DNA of 64,000 nucleotides from Ramazzottius varieornatus (GCA_001949185.1 BDGG01000002.1:620001-684000); one strand, 5' to 3'. Shown: positions 1 to 13,957, numbered from the stretch's first letter. The notes: generated by a model not told the origin, from the letters alone. Numbers and translations: made by a program.

Positions 1-1745
1 AGAAGGGTGACACCCTTGTAGTAATCATCAACGCACTCAAACGTACGAAGTCTGCTGAAGAGATCGCTCGCCATAAGGGTTCTGAAATGGTCTCTGAAGT
101 TTTTTATGATTCCCGCGTCGAGCGGTTGTGCGTGGGACGTAACATTCGGGGGTAGGAAGTATAGACGGACATTCGATAGGCTCGCAACGTTGTGAGCCTT
201 GAAATTGCCCAGAATAAGCGCGATGTACCGTTTTTGAAGTATTATGTCGGCGTTCAGTTCTTCAAGGTATTCGGTAAAGATGTCGGTATTCATCCAGGCG
301 GTCTTATTGTTTTTGTACGCAAAACCCAGGTGCTTAGTACGACCGTCACGTAGTCCGGCTTGTACAAAGGGACGGGGATTTTTAGCTGTACCGATCACTA
401 GGGGCATTTTACGTTCACCGGTTGTGCTGCACGTCAAGAATACGGTTATTCTGTCTTTCCTCAGTTTGCAGCCTTTCGGTATCGCTTGAGATTTTTTGAC
501 AAGAGACTTATTGGGTAGTTGGCGATAATTCAAGCCTAGCTCGTCGCAGTTAAAGATGTCTTTGAGTGCGTAGTCCTGCAGGATGGATGGTAGCGTCTCA
601 TCGTACCACTCTTGCAAACCTTCGAAGTTCGCACTCGCGCCTTCACCTTCGAAAACGCAAAACAAAATAAGTTTGTATTGAGCAATTACATGTGCTTGCA
701 GGGCTGACTCACAAACCTTGAAGTACTTTGAAGATCAAGTCGTGTCTTTCAAAAAAGCTGGCGAGCCAACCATTGCTTCCTGTGAAATTTTGGATATCAT
801 TTTCTCGCGCAAACTTCCGCGCCTGAAGCTGTATCAAACGGCCAGTAATGTTGCCACCTTTGTCCAGCGTTTCATCTACGAGTTCAATCATGGCCTTATC
901 AACCTCGGGAAACTTCAACCTTGTAGGTCTCGTGGCTTCTGGCTTCGTCGTTTCCAGATTCTTTTCTACAGTATCTCTCTTCTTTCTGTAGTTGAGTATG
1001 TTCGTACGATGAGTTCCATACTGATCCCCTATTTATGAAGTAGAGATCCCCATCTATGAAGTAGAGTTTTGGAGGTAACTGATTATTTAGATTGCTTCGC
1101 GAGATCACTGAGAAAGTTAATTGTCAGTAACTTACCCCCCTATCGATGTCAACAAGGATCTGGCGCTTTGTCTCGGCGCTGATATGATGGAACCTCCGAG
1201 TTTCAGGCCTCGAGGATTGAACTGAACGCTTTCTAGTTTTTCCGGATATCCGAGGGACTTTGGCCATTAAGGTGACATGCAGGATACGTGACATGTACGG
1301 GGTATCCAGTTAATATCCGAGCTTTCAATAGTAGTCTCGCACGTTCACTCCGGAAATGACAGCTAGGTTGTCGGATCCATATTCGTGAAAGTCACTCCTG
1401 GCAGTATTGTACAAACCTGCAACAGAAAGCACAGCCCGCAGTTCTCGCGATCACGCTCCGTATCCAGTTCAGATAGTTCCTTGCTCCACCCAGCGACAGC
1501 AATCCAAAACGAACTGTCTAGCTTCGCTATGAACGGTACAAAGAAGTGGAGTTAGCCGAGAATTACTCTGAAGATTGCCCGTTTTGTAAAAGACACGTAG
1601 TTTTTCCGAATTTTGATTCGCGATTGTTGACGTAGAGTTTGTGGCAAGTCTGGCTGACGTCACACGTAGAAACAGTAGTTTTGACGTAGTGGCCAGTTTT
1701 AGAAAACCGACGAGTGACGCGCGTGAAGTAGCGCAGGTTCTACTG
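1..1745 (-). mobile_element. pogo/Tigger-type (Tc1/mariner superfamily) DNA transposon, defective, runs off the left edge
   Basis: Minus-strand spliced reading from about 1270 to <1. It has an N-terminal HTH, a CENP-B-type HTH (KFPEVDKAM...FTGSNGWLASFFERH, ORF 709-918), an intron at 647-716 (LQG|EG) and a DDE_1 domain (IFNCDELG...DRITVFLTC...AWMNTDIF...LILGNFKAH...FLPPNVTSHAQPLDAGII). The second catalytic Asp is Gly (GGC). The 5' end reads TA|CAGTAGAACC at 1747-1736, typical of pogo TIRs. Confidence 0.88.
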
Positions 1746-1870
1746 TACTTGAGGCTGCATAACCCTGATGCCACGGGCATCAGAAGCGTCGATAAAACCT
1801 CCTGGAATCCTCAAGGTTTCAGCTATAGTCCAAATAAAAACCCACAGGCAACCCAAATAACGACATGAAA

Positions 1871-3221
1871 ATCGTAGCTGATCAGATCATGTCTCTGTTA
1901 TGCGATAGCTACGAGGAATTACTGAATTCGGAGGATGTATTGGATCTTACGTCGTCCCACAATCTAGTCAATTTACTGTAGTCCACACGGTATCTACAGC
2001 ATCGGACGGAAGTTCCACAAGTGAGGACTTCCTCTGCAATATTCTACAAAGGCTGAATGAAGACAGATGGCGGCAAGAAGTACGGATATCAAGAGATGCC
2101 TTCGAGATGATGCTGCGGCTCATCGGCCGTCACGAAGAGTTCCACAACAAAGCCAACTATCAGCAAACAAGTCCGAAACATGAGCCCATCGTTTTCCTCT
2201 ACCGATTGGGTTGTGAAGGTACTCCTATGGGAAAAACAGCTCGGCACTTCAGAATATCCGAAGGTGGTGTGGAAATTTACAGCGCGCGGTGTCTGCAAGC
2301 TGTTTTGTCCCTGAAAAAAGATCACTTCCGATGGCCAAACAAGCAAAAACCGGTCGGATCAGGCAGCGCAGCCTCGTCAAGTCCGGTTTTCCGAACCGTG
2401 TAGGTATTGCGGATGGAACACTTATCGTCCTGGCGAAAAAAAACCTTCGACGGGTGGCTCAGCTTACTTCACCTACAAAATTTCGGCTCTAATGGTCTGC
2501 GATATTCAACATCGAATTTTGTACGCGAACGCGGGATACTGTGGTTCTGCTCATGACAACAGTCTACCGGAACAACAAGATGAACACGGCCGCTCAGTCG
2601 TTCTTTGAAGGCGAGGCTGCTTCTTTGAAGGCGAGTCGAGTCGTTCGCGGGTTTGTTGTTGGATAACCTCGGGGAGACAAAATGGCTTGTTCTTTCTCCT
2701 GCTGATGATTAATTTCGTCGGTTTGAACGTGCTTGCTTTGAACCGTACAGTCAACGTCGCCCTCGCGTGCATCAAACAACTTTGACTAGTTTACTGCACA
2801 CTAACTTGAAAAAGATGGTAGTGACGCAAAATCAATGCAAGAAAGCCTGACGTTGAGTGTACTTTGATGGCGGTGATGGCCGCCCATACTGGACTCCATT
2901 CGTTAGGAGCATCTGTGTTGTCCGGTTAGGCAAAACACTATTTCGGGGAAAGCTCGCGCGACCAGTCGTTGTTTTACGACGAAGCAGGATACCTAGCCAG
3001 CAATTGTTAGATAACGGCCGCTGACCGGGAGATCCTTGGTTCGAAAATCAAGAACTCTCTTTTTGTGTCATTCGCAGCTGCGCTGCCGTAGCTTGCCCGA
3101 CGCTGCACAGGGCGCTGCGCTGCACACAAAGGTCAACGTGAATGCAGTAACTGCGCTGCCGCGCAGCGTAGCTGCAGCACAGTACAGCGCAGTACAGCGC
3201 AAGGGGCCAGATCCCGGGCTC
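1871..3221 (+). mobile_element. Degenerate, internally deleted PIF/Harbinger element (same family as 42595-45763)
   Basis: Transposase fragments (VFLYRLGCEGTPMGKTARHFRISEG; SGFPNRVGIADGT) with stops and frameshifts at 1871-2580. A minus-strand remnant EVIQQQTRERL (about 2640-2680) matches the Myb-like partner at 43805-44209. The GCTGC-rich end terminates GGCCAGATCCCGGGCTC (3221), like 45747-45763. Confidence 0.85.
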
Positions 3222-4433
3222 TACTCCCTACGGGAGTGCATCGTCACGTACGTGTATGTACTGCGCGGATGCAGCGAATATCCACAATTGGGATATCTTT
3301 TCTGAGGGATATCAGACTGCGGTGCCGCTATCGGTTTATTTCCAGCGCACCGGTGCGGTCTCATAGCCAGGCTCGTCAGTCTTTAGAACATGGACCCAGT
3401 AAATAACGCCCGGATCTGGCAGCCCAAACTAAGGGAGTCGGCGTAACAGTAACTAACACCACGCCCCCTTACCAAAGTGACCGTGGTATCCTTACTTTCC
3501 ACTGCGAAATCTACCAAATAATCACCAAAAACGTAAATGGTCGCAAGACCACTTTGAGGTTTCCTGCTGGATACAATCAGCAAGCGCGACAGCAGACAAA
3601 GCTCACCAAGAGTCAACGGCTTATTCGAAATGGTCGCAAGACCACTGCCCCTTTTTCTGGTTCATGCATGAAATCATCGCCAGAAGCATCGGAGAGAACG
3701 CGCTGATCTGTGAACTCTGCTCCTGAAAGACTGTGCTAGAAGCGCAGAAGTGATTCACCTAAACGATTGGAACCCTAACTTATTCAGGATTCAGAACGCA
3801 TGCGTAAACTTGGCATTGTTTTGCGTATGAAGTTTTATAATACTGCAGCAGGCTCCTCGAAGTCCAAAGAGAGTGCTATAATTATCACTGAATATTTCCC
3901 TGCCAAATGTTCTTCATAGGAACGAGCGCTGTGTCCATTGATGGGAGGTTGGATCAATGTGAGCGATAAAGTCATCTAGAGGGTACGTGAAAAAACCGGG
4001 ACAATTTTGGGGTTTTTCTGCAGGAAGTTTGACCCGTTGATGTTCAGGAAACCACACCAGCAACTGGCGTAGTCAACGGAAAATAGACGCCATGTGTGAT
4101 GATCAAGCGCACAGTATCCACTGGTAAAGCTCCTAGAAAGAGCGTGCAAGGAGCCCGGGCAGCAGCCGGTTTCCATACACGAAAAATGTACGAGGAAGAG
4201 AGACATCAGATGTGTCTCATATTTCCCGGCATCTTTCCAACAATAGACTGGCGCAACTCTGAAAAATAAAAAACCAAAAGCTACTCAGAAAATCCCAATA
4301 AAAATCGAAGAGCTTGATACTGACATAGGTAGATCGCAAGTGACGTGCTTCCACTGCCGAACGAAATAGCCGGCTGTGACGTACGGAGATCGCCAGAGAG
4401 GATACAGCTCAGTCAGTGTGTTAGCTGGCTCTA

Positions 4434-4660
4434 TTACCATGACTGGACGTCGCAAGGTGTTTGCGTCAGCTGGCTTGGGCCTGATCAAGCACAACTGCAT
4501 CGCCACTACTGTAAGTCAAGAGCCAACCATGATTAACGGTGAAATTCTGCCATTCGTTCTTGACTGGCTTCCGCTTTCGACAGTGTACTGGCTGTGCACT
4601 AGTGCTTAATCAGGCCCAATCTGACTGACGAAAATGCCATCTGAAGTCAAGTCATGATAG
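4434..4660. repeat. Foldback MITE-like palindrome, TA flanked
   Basis: About 80-bp imperfect inverted arms, e.g. TTGGGCCTGATCAAGCAC versus GTGCTTAATCAGGCCCAA. The right TA is the mariner insertion site. Confidence 0.6.
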
Positions 4661-4662
4661 TA

Positions 4663-5939
4663 TCAGGTGCGGAAGTATGACTTGTTACTCTTCAAAAGAA
4701 AATATCCGAAAATTTTTTCTGACTTCAGATATCAGACTTCCTCTTCGAAGTAATCACCAACACTAGCAAGGCACTTCCCGCATCTTTCTGGAAGAGAATA
4801 TATGCTAGTGCGATAGAAGTCTGGGGAAAGCGAAGAAATAAACTCTTCGAAGGCATCTTCTACAGCTTGCTCTGAGGAAAATTTTTCGTCTTGCAGGAAT
4901 CTAAATTTCGAAAAAAGCGATAATCTGTTGGGGAAAGGTTCAGAGGATGAAAGAGAGTTTCCAGTCCCAACTCCTGCAGCTTGGGGTAGTTTTTTCCGCA
5001 GTGTGCACTTTGGAGTTATCATGCAACAGGACAGTGCAAGACGATTGACTAATTTCGGCTGTTGAACGGCAAGCTTCTTCATGACCGTCTCGAGTTCCAG
5101 ACAGCAGTAGCCTGCATTGATCGTTTTTCCCGGTGGAAGAAAGTCGTGGTGCACGGAGACGCGAGAAGTCCACCACGCAGTGACCATGACTTTCTTTTGA
5201 TGGAGTTCTGGCTTCGGAATTTTCTGAGGCTTTTCCCCCTTGTCCAACCACTGCCGCTTTCGCTTACGGTTGTTGTACAGGATCCATTTTTTTTCACAAG
5301 TAATAATGCGATCCAAGATCGATTCGTTCTTGTTACGGATCAGGTGACAAAGAGAAGCCATTAATCTGAATTCTTTTTGGATTGCGCCAAGTGAGTGAGA
5401 CACCCACTTTTCCAATTTTCTTGCCTTCCCCGGGTCATGTAAATTTTCGGTGATGGTACGAGAAGGTACACCAAGGTGTCTCAGTAATTGCACAGTAGTC
5501 TGGGAAGGATCGGATTCGACGAGCGTTTTCAGTACTTCGTTGTCCACTTTCAGCTTTGGTCGTCCGGGGGGGGGGGGTGATCTTCGAGGGAAAAATCTCC
5601 AGAACGAAAGCGTCCAAACCAGCGACCTACCGTCATCGTATCAGCAGTTCCTTCCTCGACTACGCGGTTTACTTCTTTGATGGTCAAAGATGCGCTGGTG
5701 CCTCGGCGAAATTCACACTCCCAAACCACTCGTAGTTCCGCTTTATCCATGATTCAAAAAAGAGTCTTCTCGCTCCGCGCCGAAGCAACCGGCTCACAAA
5801 ACTAAACTACTAGACGAAGGCAGACACATGCAGGAATGACTGAAATAAATATTTAAGACGAAAGGAAGTGGGGAGCAGAGATGCGTATTTTTGAATTCGG
5901 AGTGTTTTCAGGAGTAACAAGTCATACTTCTGCACCTGA
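4663..5939 (-). mobile_element. Full-length mariner element, 1277 bp
   Basis: 28-bp TIRs TCAGGTGC(G/A)GAAGTATGACTTGTTACTC at 4663-4690 and 5912-5939 with one mismatch. TA TSD at 4661-62 and 5940-41. Confidence 0.95.
4732..5750 (-). pseudogene. Mariner transposase, inactivated
   Basis: ATG 5750 (TVGRWFGRFRSGDFSLED), frameshift at the G12 run 5566-5577, WVSHSL, IITCEKKWILY (first catalytic D lost), LLHDNSKVH in a shifted frame, and a partly deleted YSPDLAP motif. Confidence 0.92.
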
Positions 5940-6697
5940 TATCCGCGGGGCGGCACCCTAACGAGTACTGTTGCTGCCAACGGAGGCTAAAAGGGGAGAA
6001 AACGGGAACTAAAATGATGCCAGCGCGTATCCCAAGTTCCCAGCCATTGAATTACTTTCTGTGACTCAGAATGCAATGCCTTATCCCCTTTCTTTTGTGA
6101 CCTACTTCCGCTTCTCCTCAGTCACATTCCATTCACAAGCTTATCTCCACTAAGTCAATGTTGTACTTTGCCCTCCACTGGGCAACGTTGAGGGGTTCAA
6201 AGACGAACTTACGAAAAAACCCAGCTCCGCAGCGACAGCTCGAGCCCAAAAATCCCATGTTAGAGCACCTGAAGTGGTTTGACATGGGACAACATGGGGT
6301 ATCAAGTCGCATGCAAGGTTGTATTACTGAGCTCTGCGAGCATTACGGAATAGCCTCACACGGTATCGGCGGCAACAAAAGCCAGCTCAGCCACTAAGTA
6401 CAGTACATACCGAGCGTATGAAACACCCACGTGCGAACATTCTTCCAGGCTTCACTTCCCGTTCGTGGTTCTTCCCTGACGTATCACGAAGATCAATCAA
6501 TGCACTGGTTCAAGCACTGATGCGTCATGGACCACTTTGAGGCGTTAGCCGCCCCATAACTGACTGCAAATTTAGGGTCCCAGAGGTTTAACTGTAGCGG
6601 GCATCGCTGTTCCACACTACCTGCGCCTCGTCATGTAGCCGCGCACTTACACTGAGGCACATATTTATCTGTCCACCACCACCATCGTTTCAACTTA

Positions 6698-7925
6698 TTT
6701 CGCTCTTACCCGATTCCGATATTTTGAACGTCCTTATGGAGATCAGTGTTTCGTCTTTACGACCGCGTTACTTTCGTATGAATAGATCATTAAATCAGCT
6801 GGCAGTGTCATCCCTACGAGCACCTAGAACTGTCTTGTTCTCGCCTGCGAGTTGTGGGTGCTAGCCAGCAGATAGCACATTCATGCTTGTTACTATCATG
6901 CAGCCCCCACATTAAGTTTTCAAGCAAGCTCATGTGAGAAATCTTTGAAACTCTGCGGAAAAAGTTTTGTTGACATGCCTATATGCGCTTTTTGCCGCAT
7001 GAAACGCGCTACTTCATGGTTATCTTCCGTTTCGACTGACCGAATGGCTCAAACTACAAAGTCTGGTTATCTTTATGAAAGGCGTCACCATTTGAACGTA
7101 ACTTGGCAGCAAAGATGTTCAAGACAAGGCGTCATGAATATGCACCACCAAAAATAACCGAGAGTACTTCCTGATTGACATGATAACACAGCTTTTCTGC
7201 ATATCTGCAAAAATTTCTCACATGAGCTTACTTGAGAACTTAATGTTGGGGCTACAGAAGAGCAACAAGCATGAATAGTCCTCCCCACGACAGGCTGTAA
7301 ACGCCGTTGATTGTGTTGATCTTGAAAGTGGATTACGAAGTTTCGCTTTCAAGATAGGCAGCCCTCGAGTAGCTTATCTTGAACGCGAAGACGGATTATT
7401 TTCTGCACACTTGACTCAAAACTTCAAATTTTCTATTTTCAGCTGATCTTTGTCTGCACAGTGCTTCACGTTGCGATACCGTTTAACGTATGGGCTTCTT
7501 GATACCTATTATTGTCGGGGATATTGACAGACTAGCCAGAGAGAAAACTATGAATTTCAGCCTAGTCATGAGGCAAAGTTTGCTCTACAAACCCACCCCG
7601 CAAAACTCGCGCATTTCCGTTCCCGTTTCCGAGACTTCCGAAAAACGCAATTTTGCTTCACTCACGACTCATTTCCGGTGATCGAGCAAACTCAAATTTT
7701 AAATCAACCGTTTGCGACATAAACAGCTCGTCGTGAGGACTAATGTGCTATCTGCTGGCCAGCACCCGCAGCTCGGAGCCGAAAACAAGGCAGTTTTAGG
7801 TGTTCGTAGGGATGATACTGCCAGTTGACTTGCTGATTGGTTCATACGAAAGTCACGTGGTCGTGGAGATGAAATCCAGATCTCCGTAGGGACGTTTGAA
7901 ATATCAAAATTGGGTTAGAGCGAAA
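6698..7925. mobile_element. Non-autonomous TIR element (about 1.23 kb) with about 185-bp TIRs
   Basis: 6698-6881 and 7742-7925 are inverted copies at roughly 80% identity (TTTCGCTC...GCAGATAGCACATT). Both ends are flanked by TA. No transposase inside. Confidence 0.8.
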
Positions 7926-9353
7926 TACGTTATGGAATTTCGAACAAAAAGGAGGGTGGACAGATATTTATGGGGCTCACCGTAACACCCCATTACCCTA
8001 TTGGAGGAGTGATAAGTATGCCCAAAATTTATTGGTATGCAGTTTAAAGTTTCAAAAGGCACACACAAACGGAAAGAAGCTTGGCACACGCTAGACTTTT
8101 TGGTTAAACAAATAGGGATTTTAGTGAGATCTAGAGCTGCCTTCAACAGAAATTTCGTGTCGGTGGATCTCTGCACCATCTTGCATAAACTTAAAGCGAA
8201 TTGCGGGAAACACTGCAACATTTGACCCTACAGTCGCGCTCAGTGGTCATCGCCACCCCATGCGCCTCCTTCGGTTCCCTGTATCTTGTGATCTCGTTGT
8301 CCGATTCCTAGGACTCAAACACCATCATGTACAGCACTCTTTGTAATTTTTGATCACGTGACCGTGGTATCGCCGCTCTGATCGATCAAGCGGCGAGTAT
8401 GGGTGGTTTGCACCAGGAAATGAGGCCTGTTCTTGGGGGCTTGCTTCTCGTTACGTGACAGACGAAGGGGAAAACAGTCAAAACGTACCACAATCATAGA
8501 GATTGCACCAAAATATAGATTTTCGAATCACCGGAATCGGACGGGATCAAAAGATACAGGGAAAACGAAGACCATGAGGTGGCGAAGACCATTGGGCGTG
8601 ACTGTAGGTGTGTTTATTTTTCCAACTGTATGTCCCGAACCAATGCTGACTCAGCTTAGTATATTAGAGTACATGAACTCCAGTACACGTGCCAGGCCTC
8701 CGTTCCCCATATTTTTGTCCATCCCCGCATTTAGGCCAGGCGCGTGTACCTCAGGCAATGGTCCAAGCAATCACGCACTAGTGCATCTACACTGGATGAC
8801 TCACTGGGGTAGCGTCAATCAGAAACCCTAAATCTCACAAAAATTCCGAAAACGCTTCTCTTAGAGGGAAAAAAGGCTGCATCGAACCTGAGAATGCAGC
8901 AGAAGGCTGCACTCCAAAAATCCGGCAATAAAACTTTAAAATTTCGTCGCCCTTGGGAAGAAAAAGCCCCTAGATGACACTGTTCAAGTTTTCTCCCTAC
9001 AATTATGCAATGTGCAGAATTTTGGTTTTCGTTAATTAAGAACTGCTGCGGTCCGGGTAATCATGGCTGTTCACATTCAATGCGGCAAGCAGCATAGCCA
9101 AAGCACATTCAACCCGTCTGTACTGCGAGTTGGCGAACAGGGAAGTAAGGATGGGGATTCCGTTTTCCTGTCCGTTCCTAATTCCACCTAGAGAATAGGA
9201 ATTCCGCTCCGTTCTGACCGAGCCGGATTTGGAACGCTGGAATTCCGAATTGGAATATAAGCATCAAAACGGAATTCCGCTTGAAAAAATTCCGCTTTTT
9301 GCACGCTCAAATTCCCACTTTTTGCTAATAATTGGCGCACTCGAACTTGTAAA

Positions 9354-9476
9354 CGAAAACGCAAAATCTTGTTGAGATAACTAAAGCCAGTGTAATGAGG
9401 TTACACTGTTACACGTTATAAGTCTAACCTCAACACACTCTAACCTCAATTATCTTAACAAGATTTTGCGTTTTCG
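9354..9476. repeat. Small hairpin/MITE
   Basis: 27-bp inverted repeat CGAAAACGCAAAATCTTGTT(G/A)AGATAA with one mismatch. Confidence 0.65.
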
Positions 9477-10000
9477 CATTCTCTGGAATGCTTCATGGAC
9501 TTCGCGAACTGACGTCACAGTAACTGTGAAATTTACGGGTATGATCACGCGTGCAGCCTACGATCACCAAGTAGGATTTCCTGACAGAGATACTACTGTG
9601 CTATGAAGTTACAGTAGATTCCGAGTCTTTAAAAGCAAGCTCAGCTGTAGAAAGTATTAGGGCACGAGTGTGCGTTGGACAGACCAGGGCGTCACCGACG
9701 TGTGTATTACCATTAGATGGGAAATTCATTCTCGAATCTTTAGGTTCCGTCAGCATATTTCGAGCTTGGCGTCCGTTGTGGATGTGTAAGCGAGGTCGCA
9801 TCGTGTTCGCCCATAGACCGCAATGATAAAGGCGGCTGGATTGCACCGAACCTGCACTAAATCACAAGCACGTGTGAGAATCAAACATCAAACTGAGCTT
9901 AACATTGCAGCTCCCCTCTCTTGCCGCACTACATGACTAAGTTATGTATACTGCACTGTGACCAGAGGCCCAGGGTAAGCAAAGCTGAACAGAGACGGAC

Positions 10001-11657
10001 CAGTGGTGTTCCGTTTATTTTGATTCGTAATTGAAAACGGCCAAATTTGACGGTTTCGAAATACCGATACAACAATTTAAATTACAAATTCTGGGTTGAC
10101 CATTTCGATATTAATCGAAATTGAATCGGAATTGTAGAAACGTGGCGATATTCTAATTCACAATTCAAGATGATGGTAATGAGGGTGGGTACGTTATCCC
10201 CTAGCTGCAACTCCTCTTAAGCATGGCTCCGAAAAACCTCGAACCCGAAGAACGCTTTCCCCTCACAGCTTCGCACCCGAAAAGCACCTGCCCTTAAAAT
10301 TACATCCTTATCCCCGAAGAATCATGGTCCCGGGCAGCTTCGACCCCTGACAGTCATGAGCCCTAATAACTTCAGCCCCAATGATCACTTTGCCCTAAAA
10401 ACATTTCCTCCGAAAACAAATTTGAAATTTCCGTGACCATCTGTTGTATAGTTTGGACGTTGAACTTGCCCTCCGGGTCCTCCCTGAGTAGTTCAACTGT
10501 GACTTAGCGGACCTATTTCTTGCAGCTCGAACCGTGAGAGGGAAGGTTTTTCGAACTGGGTTGCCGTTGACCGAAGCACCTCGTACTGGATAACTTGAGC
10601 GGCAGACCGTTGGTTCGATCGAATCGATGCATATCATTTCTCATAGTATCATTCTGATTTGCGCTCTTTCTTCGAGTTGTGGTCCTTTGGTAACTCTACA
10701 AAACATCCCTACTGGTTGACTGATTATTTTCTGTTACATTCAGCTTTTGTGCTGCGGAAGACGAATTGTCGGTCCCGGCCAACGAAAAAGTTGGCTCGGC
10801 TTTCGAGAACGCAGCTTTTGTTTCTGGTGCCAACACCAAGCCGAGCTTGGTTTCGTTCGTCAGGTCATCCAGATGAGGTAATATGATGTTCATTAGGGAT
10901 TCAGAGAAGCAATCGTTAAAAAGTTTTGACGGTGCAGTGACCAGGTGCTTCTCAGAAAACGTGTGTAGTGGGAAGCGTTATTCGGGGAAGGTGGTCCTCG
11001 GGTCATTATTCGAATCACCGGCCCCGTACCTGGAACCCTAACAACAATCTCCCCTAACGAATGATAATAATGACCGCCAGTTAAAAGCACGTGGAATGCA
11101 CGTGGGTATGTCATTTTGGTGCCTTATGAAACACCGCTTGTGCTTGATCGGTGCGTTGGTCCATGCTACACAGCCGTGCAGCAATCGCAATGCGTACGTA
11201 GGGCCTCGCGAAGGAGCTGCATTTCGTCCTCGTACGCGCAACCAACACCCGGTGGGCCTCTCTAGGGCTCTATTTCTGAACTGGAGTTCAAGTTTACGCT
11301 AATGTGACGAATAGTGGCTCCGTCGTAATGCATAACACTCCGTTCTGACGGCAGCCCTCCGTACTGGATACCTCGAGAACGACGTATTCTAAACAAAATA
11401 TCGGAGGGTTATTCGAGACGCTTGACCATCTCATGCCTGGTACCTAACAGAAATGCCAATTGTATGGAAACTGAAAGAACAAACACTATCGCAATAATTC
11501 AAATAATTTCAATTGTCGTCGAAAGTGGTATTTGAATTAATCGTGATTGATACTCCAGCCAGTATGAGGTATCTGCAAACAAATTGCTGCTGCGCTAGGG
11601 ATTTAGATTAATCGTAATTGCAATTGAACTTGAAAAAGTCATATCGGAACAACACTG
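10001..11657. mobile_element. Non-autonomous hAT-type element
   Basis: TIR CAGTG(G/T)TGTTCCG at both ends. 8-bp TSD AGACGGAC (9993-10000) / AGACAGAC (11658-11665). AT-rich AATTG/AATCG subterminal repeats. Confidence 0.8.
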
Positions 11658-12465
11658 AGACAGACAGAGGACGTGTAATATACAATATCCTCCGGAGTCT
11701 ACACGCCTAGAGCAAGCCCCGATAGACTGGCATACTTACGGAAGAAAGACGGGAGGAAAAGGGAGAGAACCGGGAAGGAAGGAAGAACTTGCGAGCGCAG
11801 GGCAGAAGAACCTTCGACGACAAATTGCAGTTTCTCAAGTTCACAGAGCTTCGGTTATCAAAGTAAAGATACGGAGGAAAAGAGAAAGAGAAGCTGAAGT
11901 AAAAAAATCAATCTAGAATTATTCAGAATATATACCAGTGTATTCAGCAAGAAGCACACAGGTCGTAAGAAGACTCAAAAAGTAGAGACGGCAAAATATC
12001 GTAGCAAACTTAAAAGTACAGAACTTGAAGCGTAAAAACATTTTAGGCGATTTTTTCTTTTTGTGTTCTGGACTATTCGGAGAAGAAGTTATGAATCTTT
12101 TCCTGGAACCTGTTCTCGGGCTCTTCGATGCCAGGAGTCTCGTGAAACTGCATGTGTTCTCTTCCGTTCATGCCCTTCCGCGATGCTGGCTTACCATCGA
12201 CAAGGCTAAGTCGTTTTAACGGAACGTGCAAAACACGACCTAAATAATGGCGTGTAAAACAAAACTCGATATAATAAACTCATAAAAGAAATTCGACAAT
12301 ATACCGAGAATTTCACAAAAACTTGAGGTAACAAAGCTGTGAAATTTTAGAAATCAAATCGAATAAACAATTCCGAATAAATTTTGAGAAGCTCAGAAAT
12401 CAATTTTTGTGCGTTGAAGCACTACCCGCAGACAGTCACGAGACCGGTTGGCCTCGCCTGCGCAA

Positions 12466-12643
12466 GTGACTAGTCAAGCGCATCGTGTTATGGTTGATAC
12501 GGCAACGTTGTGAGGTGCTACGCTAGGGACGTATCCGTTAGTGTAAAAAAGCTTTGCCAGTCACATGTACATGGGACGCCGGCCGGACACGTAACTGTCT
12601 GTGCGAGGTGCTTCGGCTTACAACAATGCGCTTGACTAGTCAC
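12466..12643. repeat. 18-bp perfect inverted repeat
   Basis: GTGACTAGTCAAGCGCAT at 12466-12483 and its reverse complement at 12626-12643. Confidence 0.55.
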
Positions 12644-13957
12644 CTGGTCTAGTCACGAAATGCTGAGACACTGTGCAGTCCAAGCGACATTAAACCCCAA
12701 ATGATGTAAATAAACACAATAATGCGGAAGAAATGTGAGTTCTCCTACAACTCTTTCATCAGCAGTGTTCCCATCGTCCTTACCAAACATATATGTCAGT
12801 GCTTTCTGTTGTCCTCTCTATTCTGTCAGGTATCCCATCTCTAGACATCCCTTTCTTAGAACGATCTCTTGTCTTATCTACTTATCATGCATCTACACTA
12901 GCCGAGCGAACATCAGCCACACCGAGCACTCCGCAACTTCTGCCACCATCCATCCATATGGAGGATGATTACTGCACATCTATATTTACTAACCACATGG
13001 AAGACTAGATTCATGACCTGGAAACCGCTGCACACATTCCGATTCACCGACCTCGCTATAACACCATGCTATATACACGTTACACAGCATCGACCTCTCC
13101 TTCGTCAAGATAAACATCTTGAACGTTCGACTATAACGAACTGGAAAAATCTTCTTCACATACAAATCAGTCGATATAGGACTTATCTGGACCAGCTGCC
13201 GAGGGCACTGCCATATCTTTCACGGCTTCTCAGATATCGGACACACTGATTTTACAATCGAACGCGGCATCGATGGTCGCCTGGTCTTCGTCGTTTTTAA
13301 TTGACAAGTTGTCCGCTTCTTCTTCCTTCGCGTCACGAATCTCGCTTCGTATATCTCCACCAACATCTCCGTCTTTGTTCGACACTTCTTCGTCCCGGAA
13401 CTTGTAATAGCACGCATCACTCGTCTTCTCTGGTTGTAGTAGTCGAAATGGATTTGATCGTCTGGAGTTCTCTCTCGACCGTCTTTCTTTTTGACGGGCG
13501 CGATGGATGGACGTGGTTGCGTACCCGGTTCGACTCTTTGCTGCTTTGACTTCCGCCTTCCTACTTCTCTTCTTTGTCCGCATGTCTGTGAACCTCTTGT
13601 TTGGATTCCTTGGTGTCAAGGTAATATGGACGTGTTGAGTGGGAGAATGCTGCAGTGGAGGCCCAGCTTTCTGCGACTACACAACGGTCGAGAAGGGAGC
13701 GCTAATGAGCTGGAGGAGCGGGTGAGTGGCTTCTCGGAGGAGCTGTTCAGTTGTATCGACTACTTGCCTGGACGTTCGGCGACTCTCTCGCGTCTTCCTC
13801 GAACGGCACGGCCGGTTTAGCACGACAGAGGGTCCAGTGGTTGATGAGGTCGATCGAAAAGCAATTTCGGGATGGAAATAAAGAAGGTTCGGCGAAGCTA
13901 AAATGAGCTGTTTTAGCCGTTCTTAGCTATTTAATTACTTCTGAACTATTATCTGTA

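Noticed and set aside
5566-5577. G12 run in the mariner as a programmed frameshift or phase switch
   Set aside because: The transposase has other inactivating lesions; slippage or a homopolymer error is simpler.
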